Shown: in pieces, positions 35,347-45,731 of the stretch
How the letters are laid out: each line of letters opens with the position of its first letter
How positions within the stretch are numbered: position 1 is the first letter of the stretch
Source: an uncultured Candidatus Izemoplasmatales bacterium
Lineage (GTDB): Bacteria; Bacillota_I; Bacilli_A; MAG-NZ
Assembly (NCBI GenBank): GCA_964589075.1
Contig: CAZPQU010000004.1
Location: 59,090-123,089, forward strand
Reading direction: 5' to 3'
DNA: 64,000 nucleotides
Program-made: the position numbers and the translations under genes
Notes under the pieces: model-generated
The model's database searches: none
Seen by the model: the letters and a program-made list of their open reading frames with translations, nothing else
Told to the model about the DNA's origin: nothing

Positions 35347-37856
35347 TTCTTGTCCTCTTTATCTTTCTTGAATGTATAGTAAACAGTTCCACCAAGTACC
35401 ATAACTCCAGTACCGGCACTTACTATAAGTCCTGTTGTAGTCATAAATAACCAGTCAATTTTTGGTGCCATAGTTCCATAAAGGAATCTAGCCCACCAAA
35501 CATTGTCAGTTAAATGGATCTCTTTCTCATACAAGGTCCCAACTTCGAACTCAGTAATTGATTCAAATATCCTTACACCTATCTCTGTGAATCTTTTAAT
35601 TGAAATAGAGTCCAGGTTAAATATAATCTTAGAGTTAGATCCAAGTCTTGTCGGAATAATAATCTCAGTGTAAGCCTCATTAATCTCGAACTCTGCACTT
35701 GAGTAAGTTGATCCATTTATGCTTAATGCAGTTATCTCGTATCCGTTCGGATTAAGTAAGCTAATAAGTAGCTGTGTCTCATCACCTGCAAACACTTCCG
35801 AGTCAGCTAAGTCGATTGATATAACTTCTACCTCTTCAGTAAATGCATAAGCTGTAATCGGAACCGATACAATAACATCATCAACCAGGAATGAATTAAA
35901 CGCCTGGATATTATTGAAGGTCTCAAATCTGATCCCATCAAGAACGAATACATGAGTTCCTACTGTGTCCCTAGCTGTAACCGGAATAGTAATAACTTCC
36001 TTCGATGCATCAACTGTTATATCAGTGTAAGAAATACCATTGATAATAACAGAGTAAATATTGTGATTACCTGGATTATCAATCGTTAATATCAAGTCAA
36101 ATTCACTCTCAACAATTGCTCTTAAGCTCTCGCTCCTAAAGTTCTTAACTCTGATGTTGGCCAAGTCTATCGGATTGCTTACTGTATAAGTAAACGGTGA
36201 TAGAATTATCTTGCTTGAGTTGTAGTCAGTAAGTGCGATATTCTTAGTGAAATTGATGTGCTGCACTTCGTAATTAAACTCACCTTCAGTTACACCTACC
36301 GCCATTGCGATTGTGATAACCGAATTAGTTATATCAATGTCAAATACTGTGTGATTCGTTCCATTAATCCTGATGTAATTAACCACTAGCTCGTCTGGGT
36401 TATCAAGTATGATTACCAGGTCAATAATATCTCCAAGTAATGCAGTTCCGGGTATGGTAATATCAGTCACGATTATGTCATTCGTGAATGTTAGATTTGA
36501 TGATACAAATTCAGTTCTGTCGATGCTTTCAATATAACTATCAAATGGTGATACAAGTTCTATAAATTCAATACTCTCTACTTCATGGATGTTATCTCCA
36601 TAAACTGTCTGAGCTGTAAGTGGTAAAGTAATCACTGTGAAACTTGCATTGACGTCATAGCCTTCTGATGAGTCCGTGTATGTGATTCCATTAACAACTA
36701 AGTCCCCGGTATAATATCCATCCGGATTCGTTAACTCAATTATCAAGTTATAGTCTTCTCCAAATGTAACTGAAGACTTATCAATATATGAATTATCATA
36801 ACCTGCGGTATGTTGTATCGGCATCTCAGCCTGTATTGTGTGACTTGATCCAATTGTCCAAGTCTCGAATATCCCGTTATCTAAGACCTCGATATAATCA
36901 ATTACATGAGTAATGGATCCATCAATTGTCATAGTGTTCGTAATAGGTATGGCCACTTCAGTGAAGTCGTCATTTATTACATACCCTTTTGATAATTCAG
37001 TCTCATGGGAAACGATTCCCCCATCTACCGAAATATCGCCAAGAGTTACTCCATCCGGGTTAGTCAGTGATAAAAGTAAATAGTACTCCTCACTGATTCC
37101 AGAAACGACGTCAGTGCTAAATGCTAGCTCATCAAGTGTCATTTCACTACCTGCAGATACAACATTAGATAGTGAATAATACTCCTGGGTGTTTGTTGAA
37201 GTAGTAGTCATTCTTGTATAGTTAACTCCATCGTAGGAATATTCTAAATAATCACTCTCAGGGTTCTGATCAGTAACAAATAAAGCTGTGTTACCAGTAT
37301 TTATGGTTGTATTCCACAAATAGTAGTATCTGTGAGTAACTTCGAACTCATATCCAGTTCCTGGATTCAGTCCTTCCAATATAATATTTGTAGCAATCCC
37401 ATTAGTAATATATAACGTATCACTCTTATATAAATATCCATTGAATAGTAATCTCAGAGTCTGCCCCATGTACTCCTGAACATCCCACCAAGCCCATTCA
37501 TCTCCAGCGTCAGATTTTATCTCATTGGTACCATAACTAATTTTGGTATTAGGTACTATTGTTGGTACTAGTCTAATTTCTCCAGATTGCTTATGTGAAT
37601 ACAAGTTAGTCAGAGATGCTAAGTCAGACTCCGACTCAATAAAATTATCAGCTGTATAAGACATGGTTCCGTCGGTATCTGTAGCTTGTCTTACATGAAC
37701 TGGATAACTTAAGTTATAAGTTGATCCATCGACTGAACTAAATTCAACTTGCTCAGTCTGAGGCGTATAAGAGTGATCAACAGTAAACGGATTATTGAAC
37801 GTGAATCCAATTATTGTTCCGATAAATAAAACAAATATACTTAACGTTTTTTTCAT
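35343..37856 (-). CDS. large secreted, C-terminally TM-anchored tandem-repeat protein (candidate spike or adhesin)
   Basis: Signal peptide. At least 5 repeats of ~95-100 aa sharing L-x-L-x-NP-(D/G)...(I/V)NG-x-x-Y-(T/S). C-terminal TM helix plus a Lys-rich tail. Confidence 0.55.
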   Translation of the reverse strand: MKKTLSIFVLFIGTIIGFTFNNPFTVDHSYTPQTEQVEFSSVDGSTYNLSYPVHVRQATDTDGTMSYTADNFIESESDLASLTNLYSHKQSGEIRLVPTIVPNTKISYGTNEIKSDAGDEWAWWDVQEYMGQTLRLLFNGYLYKSDTLYITNGIATNIILEGLNPGTGYEFEVTHRYYYLWNTTINTGNTALFVTDQNPESDYLEYSYDGVNYTRMTTTSTNTQEYYSLSNVVSAGSEMTLDELAFSTDVVSGISEEYYLLLSLTNPDGVTLGDISVDGGIVSHETELSKGYVINDDFTEVAIPITNTMTIDGSITHVIDYIEVLDNGIFETWTIGSSHTIQAEMPIQHTAGYDNSYIDKSSVTFGEDYNLIIELTNPDGYYTGDLVVNGITYTDSSEGYDVNASFTVITLPLTAQTVYGDNIHEVESIEFIELVSPFDSYIESIDRTEFVSSNLTFTNDIIVTDITIPGTALLGDIIDLVIILDNPDELVVNYIRINGTNHTVFDIDITNSVITIAMAVGVTEGEFNYEVQHINFTKNIALTDYNSSKIILSPFTYTVSNPIDLANIRVKNFRSESLRAIVESEFDLILTIDNPGNHNIYSVIINGISYTDITVDASKEVITIPVTARDTVGTHVFVLDGIRFETFNNIQAFNSFLVDDVIVSVPITAYAFTEEVEVISIDLADSEVFAGDETQLLISLLNPNGYEITALSINGSTYSSAEFEINEAYTEIIIPTRLGSNSKIIFNLDSISIKRFTEIGVRIFESITEFEVGTLYEKEIHLTDNVWWARFLYGTMAPKIDWLFMTTTGLIVSAGTGVMVLGGTVYYTFKKDKEDKK

Positions 37857-38209
37857 CTCTTTTTACTCCCCTTTCGTACATAGAACTTTGACTGAAACCT
37901 ATCGAGGATCCCGTCACCATTTCTATCTTTATCTTTTTTATTTCTAATGCCGTCTTTATCATCATCTTTCATCCCATCAACAAATCCTAAAAACTTGCTG
38001 ACAATGATAATAGGTATGACCGGCACCATATATAATCTAAGTTTCACAGTGAGGATAACTACAGCGATTAATAGTATAAAAAGAAGGAACCACATGAAGT
38101 AACTAAATGCGGTTCCTACTTGAGCTATTCTATATGCTGAAGTTAGGAACACCTCTACTGGATTAAAGAAGGTTTTGATACCTTCCCAAATAATAGTAAA
38201 TTTTTCCAT
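37853..38209 (-). CDS. small membrane protein with a basic/acidic tail
   Basis: 118 aa, 2-3 TM helices, DKDGIRNKKDKDRNGDG tail. Confidence 0.45.
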   Translation of the reverse strand: MEKFTIIWEGIKTFFNPVEVFLTSAYRIAQVGTAFSYFMWFLLFILLIAVVILTVKLRLYMVPVIPIIIVSKFLGFVDGMKDDDKDGIRNKKDKDRNGDGILDRFQSKFYVRKGSKKR

Positions 38210-38223
38210 TCTTCACACCTCTT

Positions 38224-39309
38224 CTAGGCCGTCACATTAATCGAATATGTGTTCGATTCAGTTAAGACTACCTCTTTCATTGCTAGTGAATCAAAATACT
38301 GGAACTTCTCAAACTCTGCAGTATAAGTTCCAATTGTAGTGTTCGTTTGCTCTAAAGCAATCGTCACAGTATCAAGAGTTAAATTTACAGTTACATCATT
38401 ATGAGTTGATAAGATATACTTGATTCCATCAACAGTGACAGAATACAAATCTGCAACATCATCCATTGAAATAACTAAATCATAAGTTGCGATTCCTGAA
38501 TTCACTTCTGCTACCGTGAATACACCTGATCCAACACTTAAACTTTCTAGCTGAGGTTCAGCTTTAACAATGCTAAATTCCATAGTATTGTTTGCAGTTA
38601 AATCTACTCTTACACTTTGTGTTCCAGTGTCAAAAGTATATGATTCTAAAACGTACTCTTTCTCACCAACTGATAATCCAGCTAAACTCAAAGTGATTGT
38701 TCCAGTATTATCTACTACATCGAAGTCAGTTTCTTCATCATAAGTAGTCCCATTTAAGACTAGTTCAGTGATACCTTCAACATCATCAAACTCCATTGTG
38801 ATTACTACTGCAGTACCAGCTGATACAGTTGCAGGTACACTTACACCCACAAATAGTGGTTGGTTATGAGTCTGAGTCATGTTTACGCTTGAAGTGATCC
38901 CTTCGGATTCAACAATTGAAACGGTTTTATCTTCTGAATCTACTTTGTAGAGAATCTTGCCTAGTTTATAAATTTGAGTTCCAATTAAATCAGTCGCAGT
39001 TATCTCGATTACATAAAGTCCCTCTTCAGTTTGAGATTTAACAAATGTTGTATAAGCTAATGCGTTTACTTCAAATCCCAATATCTCAACATCTGATCCA
39101 TGATTAACTAAAACATCGAGCAAGAACTTAGATTCTTTTTCAACTGATGAATTGTCTACATCAACGTCAACTAGTTCTACTGGAGTAACTGAATCTATTT
39201 CATAAACTCCGCCCCATTTGAAGAACCCCGTTACAGTTCCAGCGATTGCTAATATAATTACTATCATTACTAATACTTCAAGCCACGTTGGGCTCCACTT
39301 TTTAGCCAT
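38224..39309 (-). CDS. N-terminally TM-anchored repeat protein, related to the 837-aa protein
   Basis: N-terminal TM helix. Three repeats with V(N/D)G-x-x-Y signatures (EVNALAYT, VLNGTTYD, TVDGIKY). Confidence 0.5.
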   Translation of the reverse strand: MAKKWSPTWLEVLVMIVIILAIAGTVTGFFKWGGVYEIDSVTPVELVDVDVDNSSVEKESKFLLDVLVNHGSDVEILGFEVNALAYTTFVKSQTEEGLYVIEITATDLIGTQIYKLGKILYKVDSEDKTVSIVESEGITSSVNMTQTHNQPLFVGVSVPATVSAGTAVVITMEFDDVEGITELVLNGTTYDEETDFDVVDNTGTITLSLAGLSVGEKEYVLESYTFDTGTQSVRVDLTANNTMEFSIVKAEPQLESLSVGSGVFTVAEVNSGIATYDLVISMDDVADLYSVTVDGIKYILSTHNDVTVNLTLDTVTIALEQTNTTIGTYTAEFEKFQYFDSLAMKEVVLTESNTYSINVTA

Positions 39310-39320
39310 TCTATTTCCTC

Positions 39321-39632
39321 CTAGTTTTCTTGACTCAGCAATTTAGCTTGAGCCCTGATTCCATTTTCTGATAAAGTAAGCTCTCTTCTAAAGCGGTCGG
39401 CACGAATCCTAATCTTTCTTCTATTAAGTAACCCTGCTTCAGCTAAGTAAGTTATCCACCTTTGGACTGATCTAACACTAGTTGCTCCTTCAACCGCAAG
39501 AGCGAGTTCACCATTTGTGGCCATAATCTTCTCCTGAAGTAAGAAATCTCTAGTTGCTAGTTCACTGAAGAATTGACGAGTTGGTTCATTCAGGCCGTTA
39601 AGCTCTGATACAAGTCTCGTATTTACTCTCAT
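39321..39632 (-). CDS. winged-helix DNA-binding protein
   Basis: AAGGAAG RBS before the Met at 39632. SVRSVQRWITYLAEAGLL HTH pattern. Confidence 0.45.
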   Translation of the reverse strand: MRVNTRLVSELNGLNEPTRQFFSELATRDFLLQEKIMATNGELALAVEGATSVRSVQRWITYLAEAGLLNRRKIRIRADRFRRELTLSENGIRAQAKLLSQEN

Positions 39633-39968
39633 AAAAACACTTCCTTTATCATTTACTTGCAATGATATACAATCCGGCACTCTAGTTTCAATACAGTAAA
39701 ATTAAAAAAATGAAAAAGTCAGTCAGATATGAATATAGACAATCCTTTAGAACACTCTTTCTTATATTCTTTAATGACATTCCCACCTTAGGCATATATA
39801 CCGGTATCATCTCCCTATCTTAGAATATCCTCTTCCCATCCTGATAAACCATATTCCCATCTAGAATAAAAGCAAAAAAAAATACGTCGCTTAGACGTCT
39901 TATTATAATTGGTCCACGAGAAAGCAACTTCAAAGTGAGATTATCTCTAATCTCCTTTTATATATAGT

Positions 39969-40850
39969 TTAAGCTCGGCGTGGTACTACTTCGTCACAAA
40001 ATCCATCGAAGTAACTCATGTCCTTAATAGGTTGTGAGTCATTCTTGATGATCCCATGTATGTATACTATCGATAATTGTTTTTTCACCTGTATAGCTTT
40101 AAGTAATCCTAGTTTCCACTGATCACAGTTAAACTTAGATTTTCTTATTGTGTCTAATTCCTTTTTGTTTAGCAATCGATCATATTCTACTTTGAACAAA
40201 TCAGTAATAGATTCCATTTCTTCATTATCGCCGCCGAAGGCTATTAAACCATTTAGAATTGCCCTGTGTCCCTGGTAATTGATGAACTTGTTAAATTGTT
40301 CCCTGTGCTTTTTTACAGCCGTCACGAATGAGAATATGCGGTTTCTAATAAATTTACGAAGTACCAGGATTAATCCTCTGTTCTTCTCAATTGTAAACAC
40401 TTCACCTTTATGTTCCCAGCTAGTTATATTAGGATTGAACTCCGAATACAGTTTTTCTACAAATTCCTTGTTTACAGTAATTGTGCGTCTTGAACCATGA
40501 GTACTTATATATGTTTGAACTGTATCAATAAATCCTAACTTAACTAATCCATGGATACCCTTGTTTACCTTTCGCTCAACATACAGCTTCAGATTAACCT
40601 GTTCTTCAGTTAATTGTTTTGATTTCTTAGAGGTAATATAATTGGACCTGAAACCCTTCTCAATAAAACCGCATTGTTCTCCAAAATGAAGTGATGAAGA
40701 CCATATTTTAGTCATACCCTCTCCAAGGTATGTCTTTGTAATAATGTCTGTAAATAGTTTCTCTTTGTCTGACATATCGGTCTCAGCATATCGATCCATT
40801 GGTTTAGATCCTTTTCCATGCTGATACAGCTTACGTTGTAATTTGCTCAT
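39969..40850 (-). CDS. hypothetical protein (candidate replication or DNA-binding protein)
   Basis: 293-aa ORF positioned between the early genes and the structural-like module. No motif recognised. Confidence 0.35.
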   Translation of the reverse strand: MSKLQRKLYQHGKGSKPMDRYAETDMSDKEKLFTDIITKTYLGEGMTKIWSSSLHFGEQCGFIEKGFRSNYITSKKSKQLTEEQVNLKLYVERKVNKGIHGLVKLGFIDTVQTYISTHGSRRTITVNKEFVEKLYSEFNPNITSWEHKGEVFTIEKNRGLILVLRKFIRNRIFSFVTAVKKHREQFNKFINYQGHRAILNGLIAFGGDNEEMESITDLFKVEYDRLLNKKELDTIRKSKFNCDQWKLGLLKAIQVKKQLSIVYIHGIIKNDSQPIKDMSYFDGFCDEVVPRRA

Positions 40851-41217
40851 ATGTAACTCCCTTCTGCTGATAATAGAACTCTTTATATTCTTTGATTACT
40901 AATGCAATGTAGCTTAAACTGCAGTCTAATTGATTACTTACTGCAGTATGAGTTAGTCCTTCAATTTGTTTGAGCTTAATAATATTAAATCGTAACTCAT
41001 TTTTGAATGGATTCTGTTTACCAAATTCATCAATTATCTCTTCAACTTCTCGCATCGATTCTTCTGCTGTTTTAATCTCTTTAGCGATTGTCTTTTGCTC
41101 ATTTCTTTTCGGTTTTTTTAGTCTACTCAATGTAATACTTTTAACCTGAAGTCCGAATATCTCGAGTTTCAGTTCGAAGTGACTTATTAGTGGTGCATAA
41201 ATTGCTTTCTGAGTCAT
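40831..41217 (-). CDS. small HTH protein (sigma region-4-like)
   Basis: GLTHTAVSNQLDCSLSYIALVIKEY HTH pattern. Confidence 0.35.
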   Translation of the reverse strand: MTQKAIYAPLISHFELKLEIFGLQVKSITLSRLKKPKRNEQKTIAKEIKTAEESMREVEEIIDEFGKQNPFKNELRFNIIKLKQIEGLTHTAVSNQLDCSLSYIALVIKEYKEFYYQQKGVTYEQITT

Positions 41218-41222
41218 CCTAA

Positions 41223-41507
41223 CTACTCCCTTCTACAATCTAGTATTCGTTTCTGAAACGCCATGTCTTGTCTAATTTGATTTACCTGGATACATCTATA
41301 TGGTTTATCATAAATATCTATTAGTTGTGATCCCATTAATTTGACAGTTGTTAGATCACCGCACACAGTGGTGCTGACCTCGAGGACGTTTCTCTCAAGG
41401 TCAACTTTAGTAACTACTCCTGACATCTCTTCAGACGTCAATGCTGTGCTAGCCTGAGCTAAGAAGTATTTACCCACAAATGTACTGTTGACTCTGCCAT
41501 CATTCAC
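41223..41507 (-). CDS. hypothetical protein
   Basis: 94-aa ORF in the tightly packed operon. Confidence 0.35.
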   Translation of the reverse strand: MNDGRVNSTFVGKYFLAQASTALTSEEMSGVVTKVDLERNVLEVSTTVCGDLTTVKLMGSQLIDIYDKPYRCIQVNQIRQDMAFQKRILDCRRE

Positions 41508-41997
41508 GATGAGTCTTGTCTACTGGTTCTCCCAGTATTATAGTTACTGATTCATCAAGATCTTCAATTTTATCTATTTTATACTTAATACCTTTAACTG
41601 TTACAGATGTAACATCATAAATTACCGTTGGTCTTTGGTGATGAAAAACCAGTGGAGATGTTGATAAGTGACTCATAATTTTTTCAAGATCATTATAGCC
41701 CATGTACTCTATGTCATATGGACTGATTCGTTCCCTGGATAATTTCATTATCCGAGTGTCAGCAATATATAATACAACTTGAGAAACTAGGGTCGCATAA
41801 ACAAATGTAATGAGTGTGCCTAATTCATACCAGGGATTAGAATAATTATCTGCAGTGAAAGCTACTACTGCAGTTAAAATAATCATAACGTTTCTAATTT
41901 TCCATAAGAGTCTTCTATTTTCAACAGCCTCTACCATTGAATTTCGTCTAAATAGAAATCGTAATAATTTCTTAACTAGTTTTTTAAGTTTTTTCAT
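41500..41997 (-). CDS. membrane protein
   Basis: 165 aa, 2 TM helices. Overlaps both neighbouring genes. Confidence 0.4.
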   Translation of the reverse strand: MKKLKKLVKKLLRFLFRRNSMVEAVENRRLLWKIRNVMIILTAVVAFTADNYSNPWYELGTLITFVYATLVSQVVLYIADTRIMKLSRERISPYDIEYMGYNDLEKIMSHLSTSPLVFHHQRPTVIYDVTSVTVKGIKYKIDKIEDLDESVTIILGEPVDKTHRE

Positions 41998-42611
41998 TTT
42001 TGCTGCTCCTTGGTATTGATAAATTGTTTACTGAAAGTATGTGCATCTACAAATAGACCTTTTGAGATAGTAGTTATTTCAGATTGCTCTTTTTCACTTA
42101 GCATTAGTCTCTTGTCACAAGCTAGACAATATGCGAATGGGCAATTCCCTTTAGATTGTTCGTTGACTCCACAGTCTTTACAAATATCTAAGTCAACTGA
42201 TCTCAAGTAATCTCGGTCTTTAATTGCATCTATTCGCGCTTCACTTTCCTCGATATATTCGCAAAAGATTATCTCCTGAAACATGAAGAATGATGCATCA
42301 TTTAAACTATCGAGTGTCTTCAGATAATATGGTGATGTGCTTTTGTCTAAATTTGAATTTTTAATTCTATGAGCTTTCAAAGCATGCATCTTTATGTAAA
42401 AGTTTTCGTAATAATGGAGAGTAAATGCAGTGAAACAACTCCCTACAATCAAGATGGTGATGCCAATCAGCCCTGATAATGAACCGAACGATGTTGAAAC
42501 TACAACGAAAGTTATTAAAATTGATACAACCCCTACGGGGATTAATCTTGAATATTTTAATGTTACCCAATCCAAATGACACTTTAATACTTTTATTAAA
42601 TCGAATCTCAT
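41994..42611 (-). CDS. membrane protein with a C-terminal Cys cluster
   Basis: 2 TM helices. CKDCGVNEQSKGNCPFAYCLAC. Confidence 0.4.
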   Translation of the reverse strand: MRFDLIKVLKCHLDWVTLKYSRLIPVGVVSILITFVVVSTSFGSLSGLIGITILIVGSCFTAFTLHYYENFYIKMHALKAHRIKNSNLDKSTSPYYLKTLDSLNDASFFMFQEIIFCEYIEESEARIDAIKDRDYLRSVDLDICKDCGVNEQSKGNCPFAYCLACDKRLMLSEKEQSEITTISKGLFVDAHTFSKQFINTKEQQK

Positions 42612-42622
42612 AATGATTCCTC

Positions 42623-42844
42623 CTATTTTTTTAGTTCTAAGTATAATTCCTCAGTGATATTCTTAAATTTAAATCCTTTCGCATGCGTGATTATTCCCTT
42701 ACATACCTTCGCAACTGCACTTGAACTTGTATCAGTTCGAAATCCTGCATCAGATTGAGATGAAAATACTTTTTGAATCAAGCCTTTATCATCTATCAGT
42801 GCAACACGTTTTCTTTTAGGTTCTAGAACATAATTTGATTTCAT
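42623..42844 (-). CDS. small NUMOD1-like DNA-binding protein
   Basis: VALIDDKGLIQKVFSSQSDAG...AVAKVCKG...AKGFKF pattern. Confidence 0.3.
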   Translation of the reverse strand: MKSNYVLEPKRKRVALIDDKGLIQKVFSSQSDAGFRTDTSSSAVAKVCKGIITHAKGFKFKNITEELYLELKK

Positions 42845-42845
42845 G

Positions 42846-43049
42846 TTATTCCTCCCTTAGAGGACACCATCTTGGTTGATTTTTTCGTGGTATATCCTCT
42901 TTGTTTAAAGTTCTTAACTGATTAATCTTAGTGTATGGAGAGTTCCCCTTAACCTTGCTAGGATTTTTCTCGTGAGTACAATACCATCTACTAGGACTGC
43001 CGTTATATGTTTCAAAGTCACAATTGTCACAAGTTATGCATTTACACAT
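42846..43049 (-). CDS. small Cys-rich protein
   Basis: CKCITCDNC ... C ... C. 67 aa. Confidence 0.35.
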   Translation of the reverse strand: MCKCITCDNCDFETYNGSPSRWYCTHEKNPSKVKGNSPYTKINQLRTLNKEDIPRKNQPRWCPLREE

Positions 43050-43050
43050 A

Positions 43051-43455
43051 CTATTTATACCTCTTGATTGGTGGATTCAAGAACTTAACTAATGCATGAT
43101 AACTTAGCTGACTGAATTGAGCAGGTGATAATGAGTAGTGCTTAAACTCATTAGAGTTTTCCATAAAGTACACTTGTTTGTTTTTGATGAGTGCGTATTC
43201 TATTTCTCGCCTAGTGCTTTTCCCGATATAACCGCCTACGTTAATGACATATATAGAATCACTCATGTCTATCTTCGCAAGGTGAATTAAATCAAGTGTC
43301 TCTTTCTCACTTTTCTTAAACCTAATTCCGTCTGCATGGCCAAATACTCCAACACTAAGGACGACCATGCCTTTCATAGTGAACTTTGCATTTACGTCCT
43401 CAAACTCTTTCTTATATTTTGTACTTCCGCAAAGGGTCATTACTATTCTTTTCAT
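43051..43455 (-). CDS. nucleoside 2-deoxyribosyltransferase-like (Rossmann-like) phage protein
   Basis: IVMTLCGSTKY...VLSVG...IDMSDSIYVINVGGYIGKSTRREIEYA pattern. Assigned from memory of this family. Confidence 0.3.
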   Translation of the reverse strand: MKRIVMTLCGSTKYKKEFEDVNAKFTMKGMVVLSVGVFGHADGIRFKKSEKETLDLIHLAKIDMSDSIYVINVGGYIGKSTRREIEYALIKNKQVYFMENSNEFKHYSLSPAQFSQLSYHALVKFLNPPIKRYK

Positions 43456-43457
43456 TT

Positions 43458-44216
43458 TTAGTCCTCCTGGTTAAAATCAGTGAAGATACTTGTTTGACCA
43501 CTAGCAGTTATTCCATTCAATCGGTCACACGCTATTTTGTGGTATTCCGGATCTATCTCAAAGCCTATGAAGTTTCGATGTAATTCTTTAGCTGCGACAG
43601 CTGTAGTTCCTGAACCCATAAAGAAGTCAGCTACAATCTCTCCTGGTTCACTAGAGTTGATGATAAAGTTCTTTATGAAGTCCAACGGCTTAATCGTTGG
43701 ATGCATGAATAATGCCTTGTCAGCTACGTTCGCCTTTCTTACATAAAACTTGTGCTTTGTTTCATATGATCCTCGTAACCTCACTCCTTTTTCTCTAAAA
43801 TAAAAACAGTATTCTATATCAGGCAAATATGTATTATTAACTGCAGGAGTTGGGTTGGTCTTACACCAAACTAACAATTCAAAGTTACAATCCAAATTAC
43901 TAAAATAATCGAAGTACTGTTTCAGTTGGTACTTGTTACACCAAATGTAAATATTGATTTTCTTCATTACTCGAACTATCTCATCGAGTAGGACGTTCGT
44001 GATTCCGACGTCTAATTTCTTGCTTGCTAGTTCAGTCTGTAGCTTGTGCATCGCTCCGGTAATATTACTAGCATTCTTACCGAGTTTACCCTTGTTGATT
44101 TTCAGTTCATAAGGGGGATCAATAACCACCAGGTCAATACACTTGTCCGGTAGTTCCTGGATAGCCTTATAACTATCCTCATTGTGAATCTTGTTTAAAC
44201 TATATTTTCCTATCAT
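43458..44216 (-). CDS. DNA methyltransferase (N6-adenine/N4-cytosine, beta class)
   Basis: Motif IV VIDPPY precedes motif I FFMGSGTTAVAA. Confidence 0.8.
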   Translation of the reverse strand: MIGKYSLNKIHNEDSYKAIQELPDKCIDLVVIDPPYELKINKGKLGKNASNITGAMHKLQTELASKKLDVGITNVLLDEIVRVMKKINIYIWCNKYQLKQYFDYFSNLDCNFELLVWCKTNPTPAVNNTYLPDIEYCFYFREKGVRLRGSYETKHKFYVRKANVADKALFMHPTIKPLDFIKNFIINSSEPGEIVADFFMGSGTTAVAAKELHRNFIGFEIDPEYHKIACDRLNGITASGQTSIFTDFNQED

Positions 44217-44294
44217 ATGACAGTCCTTTCCTGTCTACGATAGATCTTTGATTAATTCCTTATTTGTTTGCTATACTATTAAAGAGGTGACTAA

Positions 44295-44741
44295 ATGAAC
44301 AAATTTCTTTCAAGAGATAGGTCAAAAGGATGGATGATATTTCAAGTTATTGGTGATGTAATAGCTACACCCTTTTACCTTATTTACTTTATTTCCTTAA
44401 TAGTTAAGGGACTAATTGTTATTGCAAAAACAGTAGTCAAGACAATAGATGAATCAGTAAATTTTTTATCTTCCCTTATCTATCAAGCCTTTATGATATT
44501 TGAAACAACTAAAAACCCATGGTTTAACTTACTGGAACTCAAATGGATAGTGATTTATATGTTTGCAATCCATATTTTTAACTTCGTAATCGCACCAATG
44601 ATTCTTTATAAAAAGAACCAAGCGGAAACATTTGAAGAAAGAATGAAGATAGCTTTATTTACAGGGTCTGTCATATTATCAATTGAGTTGTTAAGTCGCT
44701 TAGTGTTTTATTTCTTGCACGGCCATTTTAACGCAATATAG
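44295..44741 (+). CDS. membrane protein (moron-like, opposite strand)
   Basis: Own RBS (AGAGGTG). 4 TM helices. The only plus-strand gene inside the long minus-strand operon. Confidence 0.45.
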   Translation: MNKFLSRDRSKGWMIFQVIGDVIATPFYLIYFISLIVKGLIVIAKTVVKTIDESVNFLSSLIYQAFMIFETTKNPWFNLLELKWIVIYMFAIHIFNFVIAPMILYKKNQAETFEERMKIALFTGSVILSIELLSRLVFYFLHGHFNAI

Positions 44742-44870
44742 GTTATAGTTGTTACTGTTACCCCTACATAGTATAGAAACATATCCTGTCGAATGATAAG
44801 TCCAATCATATACCCTGAGAGTAAATTTATCAGGGTGTTTTTTATTGTGTTTTTAATTTCTGAGTTCATT

Positions 44871-45101
44871 CTAAGCCCCTCTAATTTGAGATGTTGGTTC
44901 CATTATTCTAGTACTCATTGTGTTATTTGAAGAGTCATAAATAATCTCCATCCAACACTCACAGACAACGCAGATTCCTGATCCACTTCCATAGCTCCCA
45001 AGTAGGTGCTCCATGGAAGGGACACATACATGTTCTTTCTTACACTTAGGACATTTTATTAAGTACTCCTCAGTAGGGTTTGGATAATATCGTCTAGACA
45101 T
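44871..45101 (-). CDS. small zinc-ribbon-like protein
   Basis: CPKCKK ... C ... CVVCEC. Confidence 0.4.
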   Translation of the reverse strand: MSRRYYPNPTEEYLIKCPKCKKEHVCVPSMEHLLGSYGSGSGICVVCECWMEIIYDSSNNTMSTRIMEPTSQIRGA

Positions 45102-45113
45102 TTTTGATTTCCT

Positions 45114-45413
45114 CTAATATGTGAGTGTTCTTCTTTGTGTAGTTTCTTTCAGCAGAGTTTCAAGTTTGATATATGCAGATCCATTATATGAGTTACTAAA
45201 TATCTCTCCATATGATTTAATAATTGGGTATCCCTGGTAACAGTTAGATTTGATATCTTCTAATGTCATTTTTTCAGCGCTATCTAAATCAGTAGTGTAG
45301 CCTTTACCCAGTGTTCTTTCCTCATGATCATCCGAATACACTCCCCAGAACTGAATAGGATTCGTACCGTGTTTAATACTTACCATTACATAATCTCTTC
45401 TTAGTTTAGGCAT
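45114..45413 (-). CDS. hypothetical protein
   Basis: 99-aa ORF abutting the next gene. Confidence 0.35.
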   Translation of the reverse strand: MPKLRRDYVMVSIKHGTNPIQFWGVYSDDHEERTLGKGYTTDLDSAEKMTLEDIKSNCYQGYPIIKSYGEIFSNSYNGSAYIKLETLLKETTQRRTLTY

Positions 45414-45731
45414 CTATAGACTCTCCTTAGAATATTGTTCCCTCAGAGCTTCGAGGGTTTTGGACTTTAAGTCCTTATTTTCGTAATACAATTTAATGAA
45501 TCCATCTATCAACTGCGACTCACTAAATGAATGAACTATCGTCTCATCTTTCTCCAGGACTAAGCCATACTGTTGTCCTTTACTAGTTCTAACAATCACA
45601 TGAGTACTTCCGTTAATCGTTTCTAGATCAGTACAAACTCGTTCCTCGAATCCACCCATGCATCCTTTGATTTTTACTATTGCGTATTTTTTATCTTCAA
45701 CCTTAAATCTTGATTTATCTATTTTGCACAT
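45414..45731 (-). CDS. hypothetical protein
   Basis: 105-aa ORF. Confidence 0.35.
   Translation of the reverse strand: MCKIDKSRFKVEDKKYAIVKIKGCMGGFEERVCTDLETINGSTHVIVRTSKGQQYGLVLEKDETIVHSFSESQLIDGFIKLYYENKDLKSKTLEALREQYSKESL

Noticed and set aside
44707-44868. Unlisted 53-aa minus-strand ORF (MNSEIKNTIKNTLINLL...) immediately after the 76-aa zinc-ribbon gene.
   Set aside because: It contains the plus-strand terminator hairpin (CCCTGA...TCAGGG) and overlaps the convergent membrane gene. It is plausible as a small membrane protein, but there is not enough support to call it.
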